DNA of 64,000 bases, taken from contig CAVOID010000003.1 in the NCBI GenBank assembly GCA_963695875.1, positions 398,892 through 462,891 on the forward strand, given 5' to 3'. The position numbers and the translations under genes were made by a program. The notes under the pieces are model-generated. The model was not told the origin of the DNA. It did no database searches and saw nothing but the letters and a program-made list of their open reading frames with translations. Source of the stretch: an uncultured delta proteobacterium (GTDB taxonomy: Bacteria > Desulfobacterota > Syntrophia > Syntrophales > UBA2185). Every line of letters begins with the position of its first letter. Within the stretch, counting starts at the first letter, position 1. Positions 10,542-22,101 of the stretch are shown here, one piece after another.

Positions 10542-12098
10542 GTGAGTAATAAATCCCGCCAATTTAACCCCATCACGGCCAAAGACATCATCTATTTTGC
10601 AATGACCGATCGGTTCTGCGCAGCTGGTCCGGTTCATCCGGACGTGAACCAAGACAACCCTCAAGGGTATCATGGTGGAAACTTTGCCGGTCTCATCAGC
10701 AAGATTCCTTATCTGAAGAATCTTGGTGTAACTGCTTTGTGGATCACACCCGTGTATCTCAACCTGCACCCGGCACAACATAACCCGACAAGCAGCAGTT
10801 GGGCTTATCACGGATATTGGCCGTATGATTTTGCTCAGGTTGATCCGCACCTCTATTATCCCTCCACAATGTATCCGGCCGGCGATAAACGGTACCTCAA
10901 AGAAGTTGCTGATGCGCTACATAAAGAGGAGATTAAGCTTATCCTGGACATGGTAGTCAACCACACAGGTTATGATCACCCTGGCTATTACGAAAATGAT
11001 ATACCTAATCCGACACCGATTCGACGTGGCTGGTTTAATCCACCCCAGGAGGGGTGGGGTGAAGCGGACTGGATCTTCGGTTTGCCCGATCTTAATCACA
11101 ACGATCCCGACGTTGTGCGTTACTTTATCAAGGACATCCTGGATTGGGTAGAGCAGGCGGAAATTGATGCCATACGTATGGACACAGTACTTTATGTTGA
11201 GCGACACTTCTGGGATGAATTCAAGGTCACCGTCCACAGCAAATATCCGGACGTGTCCTTGATCGGTGAAGTTCTCGACTACGATGTGGACGATGTTGCA
11301 AAATACATGCGCTATCATGATTTCAGTTCCGTGTTCGATTTTCCACTTCAGGGTGCAACAGTAGCTGTATTCGCAGAAGCCGCAAGCTGCCGGAAACTGG
11401 CACGACCACAATGGACATGGGCGGAGCCCAACGGTGCGCTGGATTACAGCATAGATTATACCAATCCGGCCCGTCTGGTTACCCTGCTGGACAATCACGA
11501 TCTGAGTCGCCGGTTTATGACAGCCTGCCTGGATGGTTGTGGCGGCGACCGCAAGCGGGCTATCCGTCGTTTCAAGATGGGTCTGACATTTTTGGTTACG
11601 ACACGTGGGATTCCGCAAATCTACTATGGTACAGAGATCGGTATGGAAGGACGAAATGAACCATCGGATGCGAATATGCGGCAGGATATGACGTGGGAAG
11701 TGTTCGATGGTGGATTGGAGCCGACATCCGCCTACCCGGAGGCCCAGGGAGTCTTCCGTCATTTGCGTCTGTTGCTGCAACTCCGGCACGGCAACGAGGC
11801 GCTTCAATTCAGTACGCCGGAAACGCTGTTTGTTGATGACTACGTTTATGTTTGTATGCAGGAATTTCGTGGGAATACGATGATCATCGCATTCAACAAC
11901 GGCCGGGATCCGATGCCGTCGCCACTGACTGTACAAATTGACGCCAATCCACGCTTGCCTCAGGAAATTAAGACCTTGTTGCGCGATAAAACACTCATAG
12001 AACAGATTGAGAAGGAACTGGCACCCATTACAATAAAGGATGGCAATTTCCAATTGCAGCTGTCGGGTGAGACCAGCGCGGTATACAAACTGCCTTGA
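10542..12098 (+). CDS. GH13 alpha-amylase family glycoside hydrolase, no signal peptide
   Basis: IYF.MTDRF, YHGYW, DMVVNH, catalytic RMD / GEV / NHD, RGIPQIYYGTEIG. Confidence 0.9.
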   Translation: MSNKSRQFNPITAKDIIYFAMTDRFCAAGPVHPDVNQDNPQGYHGGNFAGLISKIPYLKNLGVTALWITPVYLNLHPAQHNPTSSSWAYHGYWPYDFAQVDPHLYYPSTMYPAGDKRYLKEVADALHKEEIKLILDMVVNHTGYDHPGYYENDIPNPTPIRRGWFNPPQEGWGEADWIFGLPDLNHNDPDVVRYFIKDILDWVEQAEIDAIRMDTVLYVERHFWDEFKVTVHSKYPDVSLIGEVLDYDVDDVAKYMRYHDFSSVFDFPLQGATVAVFAEAASCRKLARPQWTWAEPNGALDYSIDYTNPARLVTLLDNHDLSRRFMTACLDGCGGDRKRAIRRFKMGLTFLVTTRGIPQIYYGTEIGMEGRNEPSDANMRQDMTWEVFDGGLEPTSAYPEAQGVFRHLRLLLQLRHGNEALQFSTPETLFVDDYVYVCMQEFRGNTMIIAFNNGRDPMPSPLTVQIDANPRLPQEIKTLLRDKTLIEQIEKELAPITIKDGNFQLQLSGETSAVYKLP

Positions 12099-12157
12099 CA
12101 GCCAACGTCGTACCTCTGTTCCTAATTATTCTATAAACGCGAATCCTGGAGATGTCT

Positions 12158-13057
12158 ATGAAAAGAAGAACTGTAAGTCTTGGCCTGATTGTTTCCATCT
12201 TTTTTTTGGTCGTCACATTTATTCATGTCACTTATACTTCTTCTTACGCTCAGAAGAACTTTTTGTGGCGCGTTCAATCAAAAAGGAGCACTGTTTATTT
12301 GCTGGGCTCCGTCCATCTTCTGAAAAAAAATGTCTACCCCCTTAGCAGGGCGATAGAAAGTGCTTTTGAGAAATCTGATGCTTTAGCCGTCGAGGCAGAT
12401 ATCAATGATATAAGCCGATTGGATATCCAGAAATTGATGTCAAGTGCCTTCTATTCTGGTGATGATACCCTTGAAAAACATGTATCCAGAGATACTTTTG
12501 ACGCCGTTAAGGATCAAACAGAAAGACTTGGGCTGCCCCTTGAGTTTGTCTATAGCCAGAAACCGTGGTTTCTTGGATTAACGCTGGAATCATTAGAGCT
12601 TATGAAATCCGGGTATGACCCTGAATATGGGATAGACAAGTATTTTATTTCAAAAGCAACAGGCAAGAAAAAAATCTTAGAACTTGAGAGCCTTGATTAT
12701 CAGATTGATCTTCTTTCAGGCTTGGACGATACCGAACAGGAACTGTTTTTATTATATACACTGAAGGATTTAAAAATACTTGTGCAGGAAGTCGATAAAC
12801 TGGTTGAGGCATGGAAATCGGGAGCCGCGGAGAGCATGGAATCGGCAATAACAAAAAGTTTTACTGAAGATAGAAGCTTCTATCCCATTTATGAAAAGCT
12901 GATCTATAAGAGAAGCAGGAACATGACATTAAAAGTTGAAGGTTTCCTGAGAACAAGCGGGACTTACTTTGTTGTTGTCGGAGCGGCCCATCTCCTGGGA
13001 GATAGGGGGATTATTCAGTTATTGAAAGAAAAAGGCTTCACTGTAGAACAGTTGTAA
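12158..13057 (+). CDS. TraB/GumN family protein, exported
   Basis: Signal peptide, YLLGSVH, GID.YF, ELES...Q, FVVVGAAHL. Confidence 0.88.
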   Translation: MKRRTVSLGLIVSIFFLVVTFIHVTYTSSYAQKNFLWRVQSKRSTVYLLGSVHLLKKNVYPLSRAIESAFEKSDALAVEADINDISRLDIQKLMSSAFYSGDDTLEKHVSRDTFDAVKDQTERLGLPLEFVYSQKPWFLGLTLESLELMKSGYDPEYGIDKYFISKATGKKKILELESLDYQIDLLSGLDDTEQELFLLYTLKDLKILVQEVDKLVEAWKSGAAESMESAITKSFTEDRSFYPIYEKLIYKRSRNMTLKVEGFLRTSGTYFVVVGAAHLLGDRGIIQLLKEKGFTVEQL

Positions 13058-13060
13058 ATT

Positions 13061-13660
13061 TTACTTAGCTATCTTAAAACCATCAGCCAATAGGAGCATG
13101 ACCCCTTTTCTCACCATCATGACGGCTATGGCAGCCAGCAGGAGAGCGGCAAGTTTGGATACTGTTCTGGCTCCGGACTTCCCTAAAAGGCGCATGATCG
13201 GCACATACAGCCAGAATGTCAGGCCGGCGATCACGATGTTTACAATCAGGGCCGCGACGGTAGCTAAAGGTCCATACTCGCTGACGAGAATTAATATCGT
13301 AGTAAGCACAGCGGGACCGACGATCAGAGGTACCCCTAAAGGCACCGCTCCCAGACTCTCGGGATCAATCTGACTCCATCTTCTTTCCATATAGACCAGA
13401 TCATTCAAGGAAATGATAAAAAGAAGGGTCCCCCCGGCTATCATGAAATCAGAGACGGTGATACCTAAAAGATCAAGGATGATCTTCCCAACCGCTAAAA
13501 AAATCAAAGCTACAATCGTAGCGGTTACCACGGACTGCACGATAATCCGGTTGATCTTTGGACGATCCAGCCCCTCGGTAAAAGTCATGAACATAGGAAG
13601 GACGCCGATGACATTTACAGCCATAAATATGGGGAAAAAACAAAACCAGAACTTGTTCAT
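13061..13660 (-). CDS. MarC family membrane protein
   Basis: F.IAGG.LLF, AVPLGVPLIVGPA, LLLAAIAV. Confidence 0.9.
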   Translation of the reverse strand: MNKFWFCFFPIFMAVNVIGVLPMFMTFTEGLDRPKINRIIVQSVVTATIVALIFLAVGKIILDLLGITVSDFMIAGGTLLFIISLNDLVYMERRWSQIDPESLGAVPLGVPLIVGPAVLTTILILVSEYGPLATVAALIVNIVIAGLTFWLYVPIMRLLGKSGARTVSKLAALLLAAIAVMMVRKGVMLLLADGFKIAK

Positions 13661-13966
13661 GGAACCACCACCTTGCACTTGAAAGGATTCTATATTGGGT
13701 CATATTATAAGCAATAGTCGGAAATACGACAATAAAAATTATGGACGATATTTATAATTTTTGTGGGGATGCGACAAAGTAGCAAAAAATGTAAACACAA
13801 AATGCGATGCCGATAGATTTTTGCCACTCTTATGTATTTATTAGCCGTTGAGGTGGTCATTTAGTGCTGTTCTATTTCTGGGTGTACTATCTTGAAAATG
13901 GAGAAAGTCTGTTGCTGATTTCCGATGGCGTGATATATATTTCATAAAAATAGACGGAGGTTATGA

Positions 13967-14410
13967 ATGATCGATAAAGCATCTCGGCGAAGTGGAGAAC
14001 TTTTCAAATCAGGTTATCGATGAGCTGAAAGCGTTCTGCTTTCCGTGGCAGAAAGCAAAAATATTCAATCAGAATTAATCCCAAAAATCGCTACCGGCTT
14101 CTGTGGCGGAATTGCGAGGACAGGTGGAATCTGCGGTGCCGTGAGCGGCGCTGTCATGGCAATAAGCATATTTTATGGAAGAAACTTACCAGATGAGTCA
14201 GTCGATAAAAACTACATCCCTGTCCAAAAACTGATGGAGATGTTTGAAAACAAGTTTGGTTCAATAAATTGCAAAGAGTTGACAGGATGCGATCTGAGAA
14301 CTGAAAAAGGAAGGAAACAATTTTTTTCAACCAATATGATTGAGCATTGCAAAATTTACACTGAAGAAGCCACGAGAATGGCAATGTTACTTATTGAAGA
14401 AAAATCTTAA
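13967..14410 (+). CDS. C-GCAxxG-C-C family selenoprotein (Sec at UGA 14021-14023)
   Basis: SD GGAGG then ATG 13967; MIDKASRRSGELFKSGYR-U-AESVLL is in frame with GGICGAVSG, INCKELTG and EHC; hairpin just after the UGA. Confidence 0.85.
14031..14056 (+). promoter_or_regulatory. Putative bacterial SECIS hairpin
   Basis: GCGTTCTGCT-TTCCGT-GGCAGAAAGC: TTCTGC pairs with GCAGAA, starting about 8 nt after the in-frame UGA. Confidence 0.65.
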
Positions 14411-14510
14411 AAGAAGTAACAAAAAATATCTGATTCTAATGTCGATTCTTATTATGTCGTGGATAATATTATTATAGAGTGCAAACATCAGACGTGGAGA
14501 TGTCAAAGAT

Positions 14511-15218
14511 ATGCGAATCAACTATCTACAGCACGTGCCATTTGAGGGATTAGGAAGCATTGAACAGTGGATACATGCCCGCCAGTATCAGTTGACAGCC
14601 ACCCGGCTCTATCGGGATGACCCCATGCCAAAGGTGGACGGCATTGACTGGCTTATTGTTATGGGCGGCCCGATGGGAGTCCATGACGAAGATAAATTTC
14701 CCTGGCTGATGAGCGAAAAACGAATGATTGAAGGAGCTATCCGGCAGGGCAAGGTTGTGATCGGAATATGCTTGGGAGCACAACTGATTGCGGATGTTCT
14801 TGGGGCCAGGGTGTATCCCAATCGGTTCAAAGAAATCGGCTGGCATCCGATTGAGTTGACAGAAGCTGGGCAACACTCTCCGCTGTTTAGCTTTCTGCCC
14901 AGGCGGCTGAATGTGTTCCACTGGCATGGCGATACGTTTGCCTTACCGGTAGACGCGGTGCATATTGCCCGGAGTGAGGCATGCCAGCATCAGGCATTTG
15001 TGTATGACGAGCGGGTGGTAGGGCTGCAATTCCACATGGAGTCTACTTCGGGGGGTATAGATGCCCTTATTCGGAACTGTTCAGAAGAGTTAGTCGGTGG
15101 TCGATATATTCAGGCTCCCTCGCAACTGATAGCTACCCCAGAGGCTTTCAGTACTATTAACTGTTTCATGGATGGGTTGCTTACGCGTATTGCGCAAATG
15201 GTAAGGCAGACAGCTTGA
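14511..15218 (+). CDS. Type 1 glutamine amidotransferase-like protein
   Basis: LQHVPFEGLG, MGGPM, GICLGAQL, FHWHGD, LQFHME (Cys-His-Glu triad). Confidence 0.9.
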   Translation: MRINYLQHVPFEGLGSIEQWIHARQYQLTATRLYRDDPMPKVDGIDWLIVMGGPMGVHDEDKFPWLMSEKRMIEGAIRQGKVVIGICLGAQLIADVLGARVYPNRFKEIGWHPIELTEAGQHSPLFSFLPRRLNVFHWHGDTFALPVDAVHIARSEACQHQAFVYDERVVGLQFHMESTSGGIDALIRNCSEELVGGRYIQAPSQLIATPEAFSTINCFMDGLLTRIAQMVRQTA

Positions 15219-15241
15219 TGGAATTCTTTAACTCTCCACCA

Positions 15242-17677
15242 CTACATAAAATTTAGGGGATCCACATCAACTTTAACATCCAAACCGGTTACGGAAGCTC
15301 TTAAGAGGATGTCCTTAGCCAGATCATGAATTGCGCGTGCGTCTTTACCCTTCAAGAGCAGTTGCCAGCGGTACTTCCCTTTGATTTTAGCTATGGGGGA
15401 CTCCGCCGGGCCAATAATTTCCACCTTTCCCTTCAATTTATTGATTGTCAACAGATCTCTGATAATCTGTCTCAGTTTTTCAAGTCCTTCTATACCTTCA
15501 TTTCTCTTCAGGCGTGATAGATGAAGGTTCACGATGCGTGCGAATGGCGGATAGGCTAGGGCACTTCTCAGCGCAAGCTCATCTTCGTAAAATCCCAAAT
15601 AGTCATGCTCTCTGGCCCTGGTGATGGCATAGTGCCTGGGATTAAAGGTCTGGACAATAACCCTGCCAGGAGATGCGCCTCTGCCACCCCTGCCTGAGAC
15701 CTGGGTCAGAAGTTGAAAGGTCCTTTCCGCCGATCGAAAATCGGGTATGTTCAGGGACGTATCGGCTGAAATGACACCTACCAGCGTAACGTCTGGGATA
15801 GTCGTGTCCTTTGGTAATCATCTGCGTACCGACGAGGATATCAATGTCACGCCTATCGAAGGCCCGTAGAATCTTTTCATAGGCCCCCTTCCGGGCTGTT
15901 GTGTCACTGTCCATCCTCCCAATTCTGGCTTGTGGGAAGAACTTCCTGACTTCGTCTTCCAGTTTTTCCGTTCCTACCCCATAGCTCTGTATACGCTTTC
16001 CGCTGCATCCGGGGCATGACGCAGGTGATGCACTGGCAAAGTCACAGTAATGGCATTTAAGGCTGTCTTTCACTTGCGTGATATGTCATGGATACGGCGC
16101 AATTCGGGCATGTAAATGCATTGCCGCAGTCAAGACAGAACATGAAGGTGTGAAAACCGCGTCTGTTTAAGAAGAGAAGCGTCTGCTGTTTCCTCTCAAT
16201 GGTATCTTGAATCGCGTCTTTGAGAGACCGGGATAGAATCACGGGATGAAACCTGGCTATCATCTTCCACTTCCCTTTTCATATCGATGATCTCCACTTC
16301 CGGCAATGGTCTGTCTTCCACTCTCCTGGGCAGGACAAGGTACTTGTATTTTCCTTTCATCGTATTGAAATAGGTCTGTATAGCCGGTGTGGCTGAACCG
16401 ACGATAACCGTTGCTGAATGGAGTTTTGCTTTCATAATTGCCAGATCACGGGCGTTATATCTCATCCTGTCATCCTGTTTGTAGGAAGTGTCATGTTCCT
16501 CATCCACAATGATGAGCCGCAAATTTCTGACTGGTGCAAAGATGGCCGACCGGGCGCCGATGACGACCCTGATTTCACCGCGCTGAATGCGGCGCCACTG
16601 ATCGTACCTGGCAGATTTTGATATGCCGCTGTGAAGCACAGCTATTTCCTGGTTTGCAAACCTTTTATTGAAACGAGAAATTAGTTGCGCTGTCAGGGCG
16701 ATCTCCGGTACGAGATAAATTATCCCCCCATTCATCCGGAGAGTTTCTCTAATGGCATTGAGATACACTTCTGTCTTTCCGCTGCCTGTGACGCCATGGA
16801 GTAGATAAGGGGAAAAACTTGCAGATTCTATGCCTGTAGCAATTTCACGGAGGGCTTCTTCCTGATCCTCATTTGGAGTAATTAAAATGTCGCTACCGCC
16901 GATATCGGGGCTCTGGCCATGATGGCGGGAAACCTCTTCTTCGGTCATACAAACGAGATTCTGTTGTTCCAGGCTTCTGATCAAGGGGAGAACGTTCTTG
17001 AATTTTTCACGGAGGGCAGCGACAGGTGAGGAACCGTGCGAATTGAGAAAGTCAACCAGCAGGTTTTGTTTTTTAGTCAGTTTTGTACCGGCTACGTCCC
17101 GGTAATTGAGTGTAATGATCTTTTCCTTCTTCGGAGCGATTGCCGGTTTCTTAGTTACGTATGAAACAGCTATAAGGCCTGTATCCTGGAGGATATTGAT
17201 ATCTCTGTAGATATCCTTTTTCCCTGTTATCTGTTTAAGGTGTGTCAAAGGCAGACCGGCGGGAACTAGTTTGAGAGCATCAATTATGCTGCGTTGTGAC
17301 GCAGACATCTGAAAATCATTTGTCCCCTGGTTATCTTTCACGATGGAGATCCATCTATCGCTTTTCGGATCAATTCCTCCCGGCAATATCTCGGTCAAGG
17401 CCTTACCGAGAGGATAGATGTAGTATTGCGATACCCATCGATAAAATCCCAGGTCCTCTTCATTAAAAAGCTGTTCCGGATCTAGGATTTCTATGATCTC
17501 TTTTATGTCGTCACAAGTAGTTGAGTGTGCTACTTCGATTATGTAGCCGGTGAGTCTTCTCTTGCCGAATGGGATGAGAACTCGTTTTCCTACGGCGATT
17601 TCTTTATGAAGAGCGGGAGGCACGGCATATGAGAACGTCTTTTGCGAGGGGATATTGACGGCAACCGTTACAAACAT
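15242..17677 (-). CDS. priA: Primosomal protein N', frameshifted into several ORFs
   Basis: [39 protein letters not shown], Cys zinc motifs, LVGTQMITKGHD, YPPF, VDVDP. Confidence 0.93.
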
Positions 17678-17809
17678 TATGTTTGTTACCTGTTTGGGCA
17701 AGGTGGGATATTGTATTAAAGTTTGTTTTACAGGGTTGTTCTATCTTCTTGTTAAGTGATGAGGTGAGTGTGGACTGTATCTATATTTGAAGGATATCAA
17801 TCAGGATAG

Positions 17810-18202
17810 CTATTCCCCTTTTAGCCTTTCTATTTTTTCCTGTTTAGTTTTACAATCGATGCAGAGAGTTGTTACAGGTCTTGCCATCAGTCTTTTTTCA
17901 GATATGGGACCGCCGCATACATCACACATGCCAAAGAGGCCATCATCGATGCGTTTTATTGCTTCTTGAATTTTTACGAGTAACTTTCTTTCTCTGTCTC
18001 TTATGCGGAGCTCGAAGTTCCTGTCTGATTCGAGGGTTGCTCTGTCATTGGGATCAGGAAAATTTTCCTTCCCCGTTGTCATGTCGGAAACGGTCTTTTC
18101 TGCTTCATCGAGTAATTCATTTGCTTTTTGAGCTAGCAGGCGTCTGAAAAATTGCAGCTTCTCAGGTTTCATGGTTTGTATTTTTTCTGGTTTCGTGGTC
18201 AT
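17810..18202 (-). CDS. dksA: RNA polymerase-binding protein DksA
   Basis: FPDPNDRA.LE.DR, RDRERKL, C..CG...RL.ARP..TLCIDCK. Confidence 0.93.
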   Translation of the reverse strand: MTTKPEKIQTMKPEKLQFFRRLLAQKANELLDEAEKTVSDMTTGKENFPDPNDRATLESDRNFELRIRDRERKLLVKIQEAIKRIDDGLFGMCDVCGGPISEKRLMARPVTTLCIDCKTKQEKIERLKGE

Positions 18203-18332
18203 TTCGGATCACCCTACATAATGTCTATAATATGAAGAGTGCTTCATACATAAAGAAAACCTTTTTGTAAAGGAAAAAAATCGGTTGAACGATAAAAGAT
18301 ATTTGTTTTGAAATTATAAGTGTTTATGCCTT

Positions 18333-18816
18333 TCAATTCTTGCCATAGACTTCTATTATTTTTTCAATAACATTCGTTGTTGAGGATCCTTTGATTTCGG
18401 GAATGATGATTACCCTGCCACCCCATTTTTCTAGTGATTTTCGACCCACTACCTGTTCCTCTTTCCAGTCGCCTCCTTTCACAAGTCACATCAGGCTTCA
18501 GATATTCGATTAACTCAAGGGGGGTGAGTTCGGGGAAAATAGTTACATAATCAACCGATTCGAGGGCCGCAACAACATCTGCCCGCTCGTTTTCGGGGAT
18601 AACTGGCCGTTTTTGTCCTTTTATGGACCGGACTGAGTCATCGCTGTTGAGACCGAGAACCAGGACATCGCCCTGCTTTTTCGCTTCTTCAAGATACCGT
18701 GTATGCCCTACGTGGAGGATGTCGAAACAACCATTTGTGAAGATAATTTTTTTTCCTTCTTTCCGAAGACGGTCAATTATTTTCTTCAGTTCTTCCCGGG
18801 AGTAAATTTTTTCCAT
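18333..18816 (-). CDS. rfaE2: D-glycero-beta-D-manno-heptose 1-phosphate adenylyltransferase; one frameshift near 18485
   Basis: [26 protein letters not shown] and SSTT in the shifted frame ending at TGA 18333. Confidence 0.88.
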
Positions 18817-18838
18817 AATAATTTCTCTTGTCCTTCCG

Positions 18839-19567
18839 TCAGACTGCTCTGGCAAGTGTGATAACCGCTACTGCCGCAGCCTTGTTTTTCATCAATACCC
18901 GTGCACATTCTTTTACAGTGCTCCCTGATGTGTATACATCATCCACCAGAATAATTCTTTGTCCTTTTATCTTGTCCGGATCAGTAACGGAAAAAACGCC
19001 GTGCACATTCGATTCCCGTTCCTTTTTCCCAAGACTGATCTGTGGTTCTGTGTTGATATGCCGCCTGAGCGTCATGAAGTCTAACGATACGGTGAATTTT
19101 TTGGAAATTCCCTTGGCGAGGATTAACGACTGGTTAAATCCGCGTTCCCTCAGCTTTTTAGGATGAAGAGGGACCGGCACTATCAAAGAATTTTCTGAGA
19201 TATTGAATAAGGGGTATGCAAATTCTGCCATTAATCTTCCCAGGGTTTCTCCGATGTAGATTTTCCCCTTGTATTTGAATCGGTGGATCGCTTCCAAGAG
19301 TACGGTTTCATAAAATCCAACTGCTCGGGCTACAGAGAAGACTGATTTTGTGGTGATACAATCGCCGCATAGATGATTACATCTGTCGGCGCCTGCAAAT
19401 GGAGTACCGCAGCATGGGCATAGCGGTGATCGGATGAAATGTATCTTTGAAAAACATGCAGGGCAGAAAGGAGTATGTTTTTGATGGTCGACGATTGCTG
19501 CACATGTCAAACATCTGGGTGGGAATACAATATCGGCAAGAGCCGTCAGGGTACGTTTCAATTTCAA
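18839..19567 (-). CDS. ComF family protein (zinc ribbon plus PRTase)
   Basis: FPPRC..C, VPVPLH...[19 protein letters not shown]. Confidence 0.92.
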   Translation of the reverse strand: MKLKRTLTALADIVFPPRCLTCAAIVDHQKHTPFCPACFSKIHFIRSPLCPCCGTPFAGADRCNHLCGDCITTKSVFSVARAVGFYETVLLEAIHRFKYKGKIYIGETLGRLMAEFAYPLFNISENSLIVPVPLHPKKLRERGFNQSLILAKGISKKFTVSLDFMTLRRHINTEPQISLGKKERESNVHGVFSVTDPDKIKGQRIILVDDVYTSGSTVKECARVLMKNKAAAVAVITLARAV

Positions 19568-19965
19568 ATCCCCTTGTCGAGGGCGGTCAATTCGGTAACT
19601 TCATCATCGACCTTCATGCGTGGTGCATCTGACCATAGACGCTCAATATCGTAGAATTCCCTTATGGGTTCATAAAAAACATGAATGATTACATCTTCAT
19701 AGTCTATGAGAACCCATTTTCCGAGTCTTTCACCCTCGACGCCAAGGGGTAAAATACCATATTCTTTCAGCATTTCTTGAATTGATGCAGCTATGGCCTG
19801 GACCTGCCGGTCAGACGTTCCGCTGCAGATGATGAAATAGTCTGCGAAGGAAGACAACTCTTTGACATTTAAAATAATTAAATCTTTAGCCTTTTTATTT
19901 ATAGAAGCATTAACGCACAGGAGTACCTGCTCCTTTCCATCTATGCTTTCTTTAACCAATAACAC
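19564..19965 (-). CDS. rsfS: Ribosome silencing factor
   Basis: KKA.D, ADYFIICSG.S.RQV, WVLIDY.DV.IHVF..R.FY..E.LW. Confidence 0.93.
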   Translation of the reverse strand: MLLVKESIDGKEQVLLCVNASINKKAKDLIILNVKELSSFADYFIICSGTSDRQVQAIAASIQEMLKEYGILPLGVEGERLGKWVLIDYEDVIIHVFYEPIREFYDIERLWSDAPRMKVDDEVTELTALDKGI

Positions 19966-20160
19966 CTCCTTGACCAGTGTACGTTGAAAATCATTTAATT
20001 ATACTCGACAACTCTTTCATTTTACAATTATATTGTTCCGTTTAGCAACAAAATTTTGCTGTTCGTGATATTTACCTGCCTCCTAAATTGCGGTTGTTAA
20101 ATAGTGACCCCGTATGATAAAGGGAGCATCATTTTAAATTTAATGATGCCTGGCTTTTTT

Positions 20161-20249
20161 GAAGCTATCCGCCCGCAGGGCGGGGCTGCCCGAAAACGAA
20201 GATATGCTTGCATTGTCCCCCTTATCCCCGCCTGTAAGGCGGGGCTTGC
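20161..20249. repeat. Dispersed ~90-bp two-hairpin element, copy 1
   Basis: Reverse complement aligns with 37184-37270; hairpins ccgcccgcagggcgg and ccccgcctgtaaggcgggg. Confidence 0.8.
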
Positions 20250-20277
20250 ACTGAGGATTATGCGTTAATTCCTCATA

Positions 20278-21081
20278 ATGGAATCCAGTATGCATGATAT
20301 ATTAGAAGTAATTCAGGTTCATATGCCGTTTGATTTTCTCTATAATAAATATCTCCCGATGGTTATTAAAGAGAGGATAAATCCTGAAATCAGCTTCAAT
20401 CATTATACTCTCGATCATTTCAAGAAGGAGGATTACACCAGAGTTGCCGATCGGCTCTTGGAGGCAGGTTTGATGATTACCTTCCATGCGCCCTTTATGG
20501 ATTTGAGACCCGGGGCCATAGATCCTGAGATAAGGCAGGTTACCATAGAGCGCCTGAAGCAGGTATTTGATCTCGTCCCTTATTTTCGGCCTCTTTCCGT
20601 AGTCTGTCACGCGTCGTTCGATAAGAGATACTATGTGTCGAGTGAGCAGACGTGGCTGAAAAACAGTATTGAAACGTGGCAGCAGTTGTTAACACAAGCC
20701 ATGGAGATGAAGACCATCATTGCTCTGGAAAATGTTTATGAAGGCGACTGTCAGCAATTGAGTCTTCTTCTTGATGCATTTCCTTCCCCTCATGTCTGTT
20801 TTTGCTTTGATACCGGCCATTTTAATGTCTTCTCCGAGACTCCTCTGGAAGAATGGATGATTAGTTTAGGATCACGCATCGGACAGATTCATATCCATGA
20901 CAATAACGGGCTCCTTGATGAACATCTCCCTGTAGGTGATGGTAACTTTCCCTTCCGGGACTTTTTCGGAATAATCCGTAAAAAGGGGATTAATCCCATT
21001 ATTACCGTTGAGTCTCATACGGAGAAACATCTGTGGCGTATGTTAGAAAATATTAAGGCTATGAAACTGTTCGTGCAATAG
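20278..21081 (+). CDS. Sugar phosphate isomerase/epimerase family (AP endonuclease 2 TIM barrel)
   Basis: HAPF.DL, ALENV, CFDTGH, HIHDN.G..DEHL..G.G. Confidence 0.85.
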   Translation: MESSMHDILEVIQVHMPFDFLYNKYLPMVIKERINPEISFNHYTLDHFKKEDYTRVADRLLEAGLMITFHAPFMDLRPGAIDPEIRQVTIERLKQVFDLVPYFRPLSVVCHASFDKRYYVSSEQTWLKNSIETWQQLLTQAMEMKTIIALENVYEGDCQQLSLLLDAFPSPHVCFCFDTGHFNVFSETPLEEWMISLGSRIGQIHIHDNNGLLDEHLPVGDGNFPFRDFFGIIRKKGINPIITVESHTEKHLWRMLENIKAMKLFVQ

Positions 21082-21115
21082 GGATCAGAGGGAAGAGACA
21101 GGCAGGGAGTATAAT

Positions 21116-22090
21116 TTGATCAGATACATCGTCAAAAGATTGATATTCATGGTTCCCCTTCTTATTGGCATTACCATTGTCTGTTTTGTCGTTATGCACC
21201 TTGCCCCCGGCTCTCCCACCGACATGGAAACACAGATGAACCCCAGGGCATCCGCAGATTACCGGGAGCGTTTAATGGCGATGTACGACCTTGATAAACC
21301 TCTCCACCAGCAGTATTTATCCTGGGTCGGAAAAGTTGCCGTGCTGGATCTGGGAAAATCATTTTCCCCGGACCGCAGGCCGGTCACTGGCAAGATCATC
21401 GAAAGGCTTCCCATTACCATCCTCATAAATGTACTATCCATGATCCTGATTCTGGTTATTGCGATACCCCTCGGCGTACTTTCCGCCGTCTATCAGAATT
21501 CCCTGTTCGATAAGGCGGCCGGTGTTTTCGTATTCATCGGATTTGCCGTACCCACTTTCTGGCTGGCGCTACTTTTAATGATTTTCTTCGGGATCGACCT
21601 TGCCTGGCTTCCCATATCGGGTATCAGGTCCTTGAATTATGAATACCTTCCACCGGGGGCGGTCTTTCTGGATTTGATAAAGCATCTGATACTCCCCGTA
21701 ACGCTTTCGGCATTTGGCGGACTCGCAGGCCTGTCTCGGTATATGAGGTCCAATATGCTGGAGGTGATCAGGCAGGATTATATCATGACGGCTAGGGCGA
21801 AGGGTTTACGTGAGCGAACGGTCATCTATAAGCACGCCCTCAGGAACGCCCTGCTTCCTGTTATCACCATCCTGGGTTTGTCCGTGCCCGGTCTTATCGG
21901 AGGAAGTGTCATCTTCGAGACCATTTTCGCCATACCCGGTATGGGACAACTTTTTTACATGTCTGTCATGGCCAGGGATTATCCTGTCGTAATGGGAATT
22001 CTTTTCATAGGGGCGGTATTGACCCTGCTGGGGAATCTGATTGCCGATGTCTCCTATGCCCTGGCTGATCCGAGGATCAGGGTATCATAA
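21116..22090 (+). CDS. Peptide/nickel ABC transporter permease, DppB/OppB type
   Basis: YIVKRL, HLILP, R..MLEV..QDYI.TARAKGL, HALRNAL, DPRIR. Confidence 0.92.
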   Translation: MIRYIVKRLIFMVPLLIGITIVCFVVMHLAPGSPTDMETQMNPRASADYRERLMAMYDLDKPLHQQYLSWVGKVAVLDLGKSFSPDRRPVTGKIIERLPITILINVLSMILILVIAIPLGVLSAVYQNSLFDKAAGVFVFIGFAVPTFWLALLLMIFFGIDLAWLPISGIRSLNYEYLPPGAVFLDLIKHLILPVTLSAFGGLAGLSRYMRSNMLEVIRQDYIMTARAKGLRERTVIYKHALRNALLPVITILGLSVPGLIGGSVIFETIFAIPGMGQLFYMSVMARDYPVVMGILFIGAVLTLLGNLIADVSYALADPRIRVS

Positions 22091-22101
22091 TGGTGTAAAG
22101 T

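Noticed and set aside
10917..12053. 378-aa antisense ORF inside the amylase gene
   Set aside because: Shadow ORF of a real gene with no recognisable motifs
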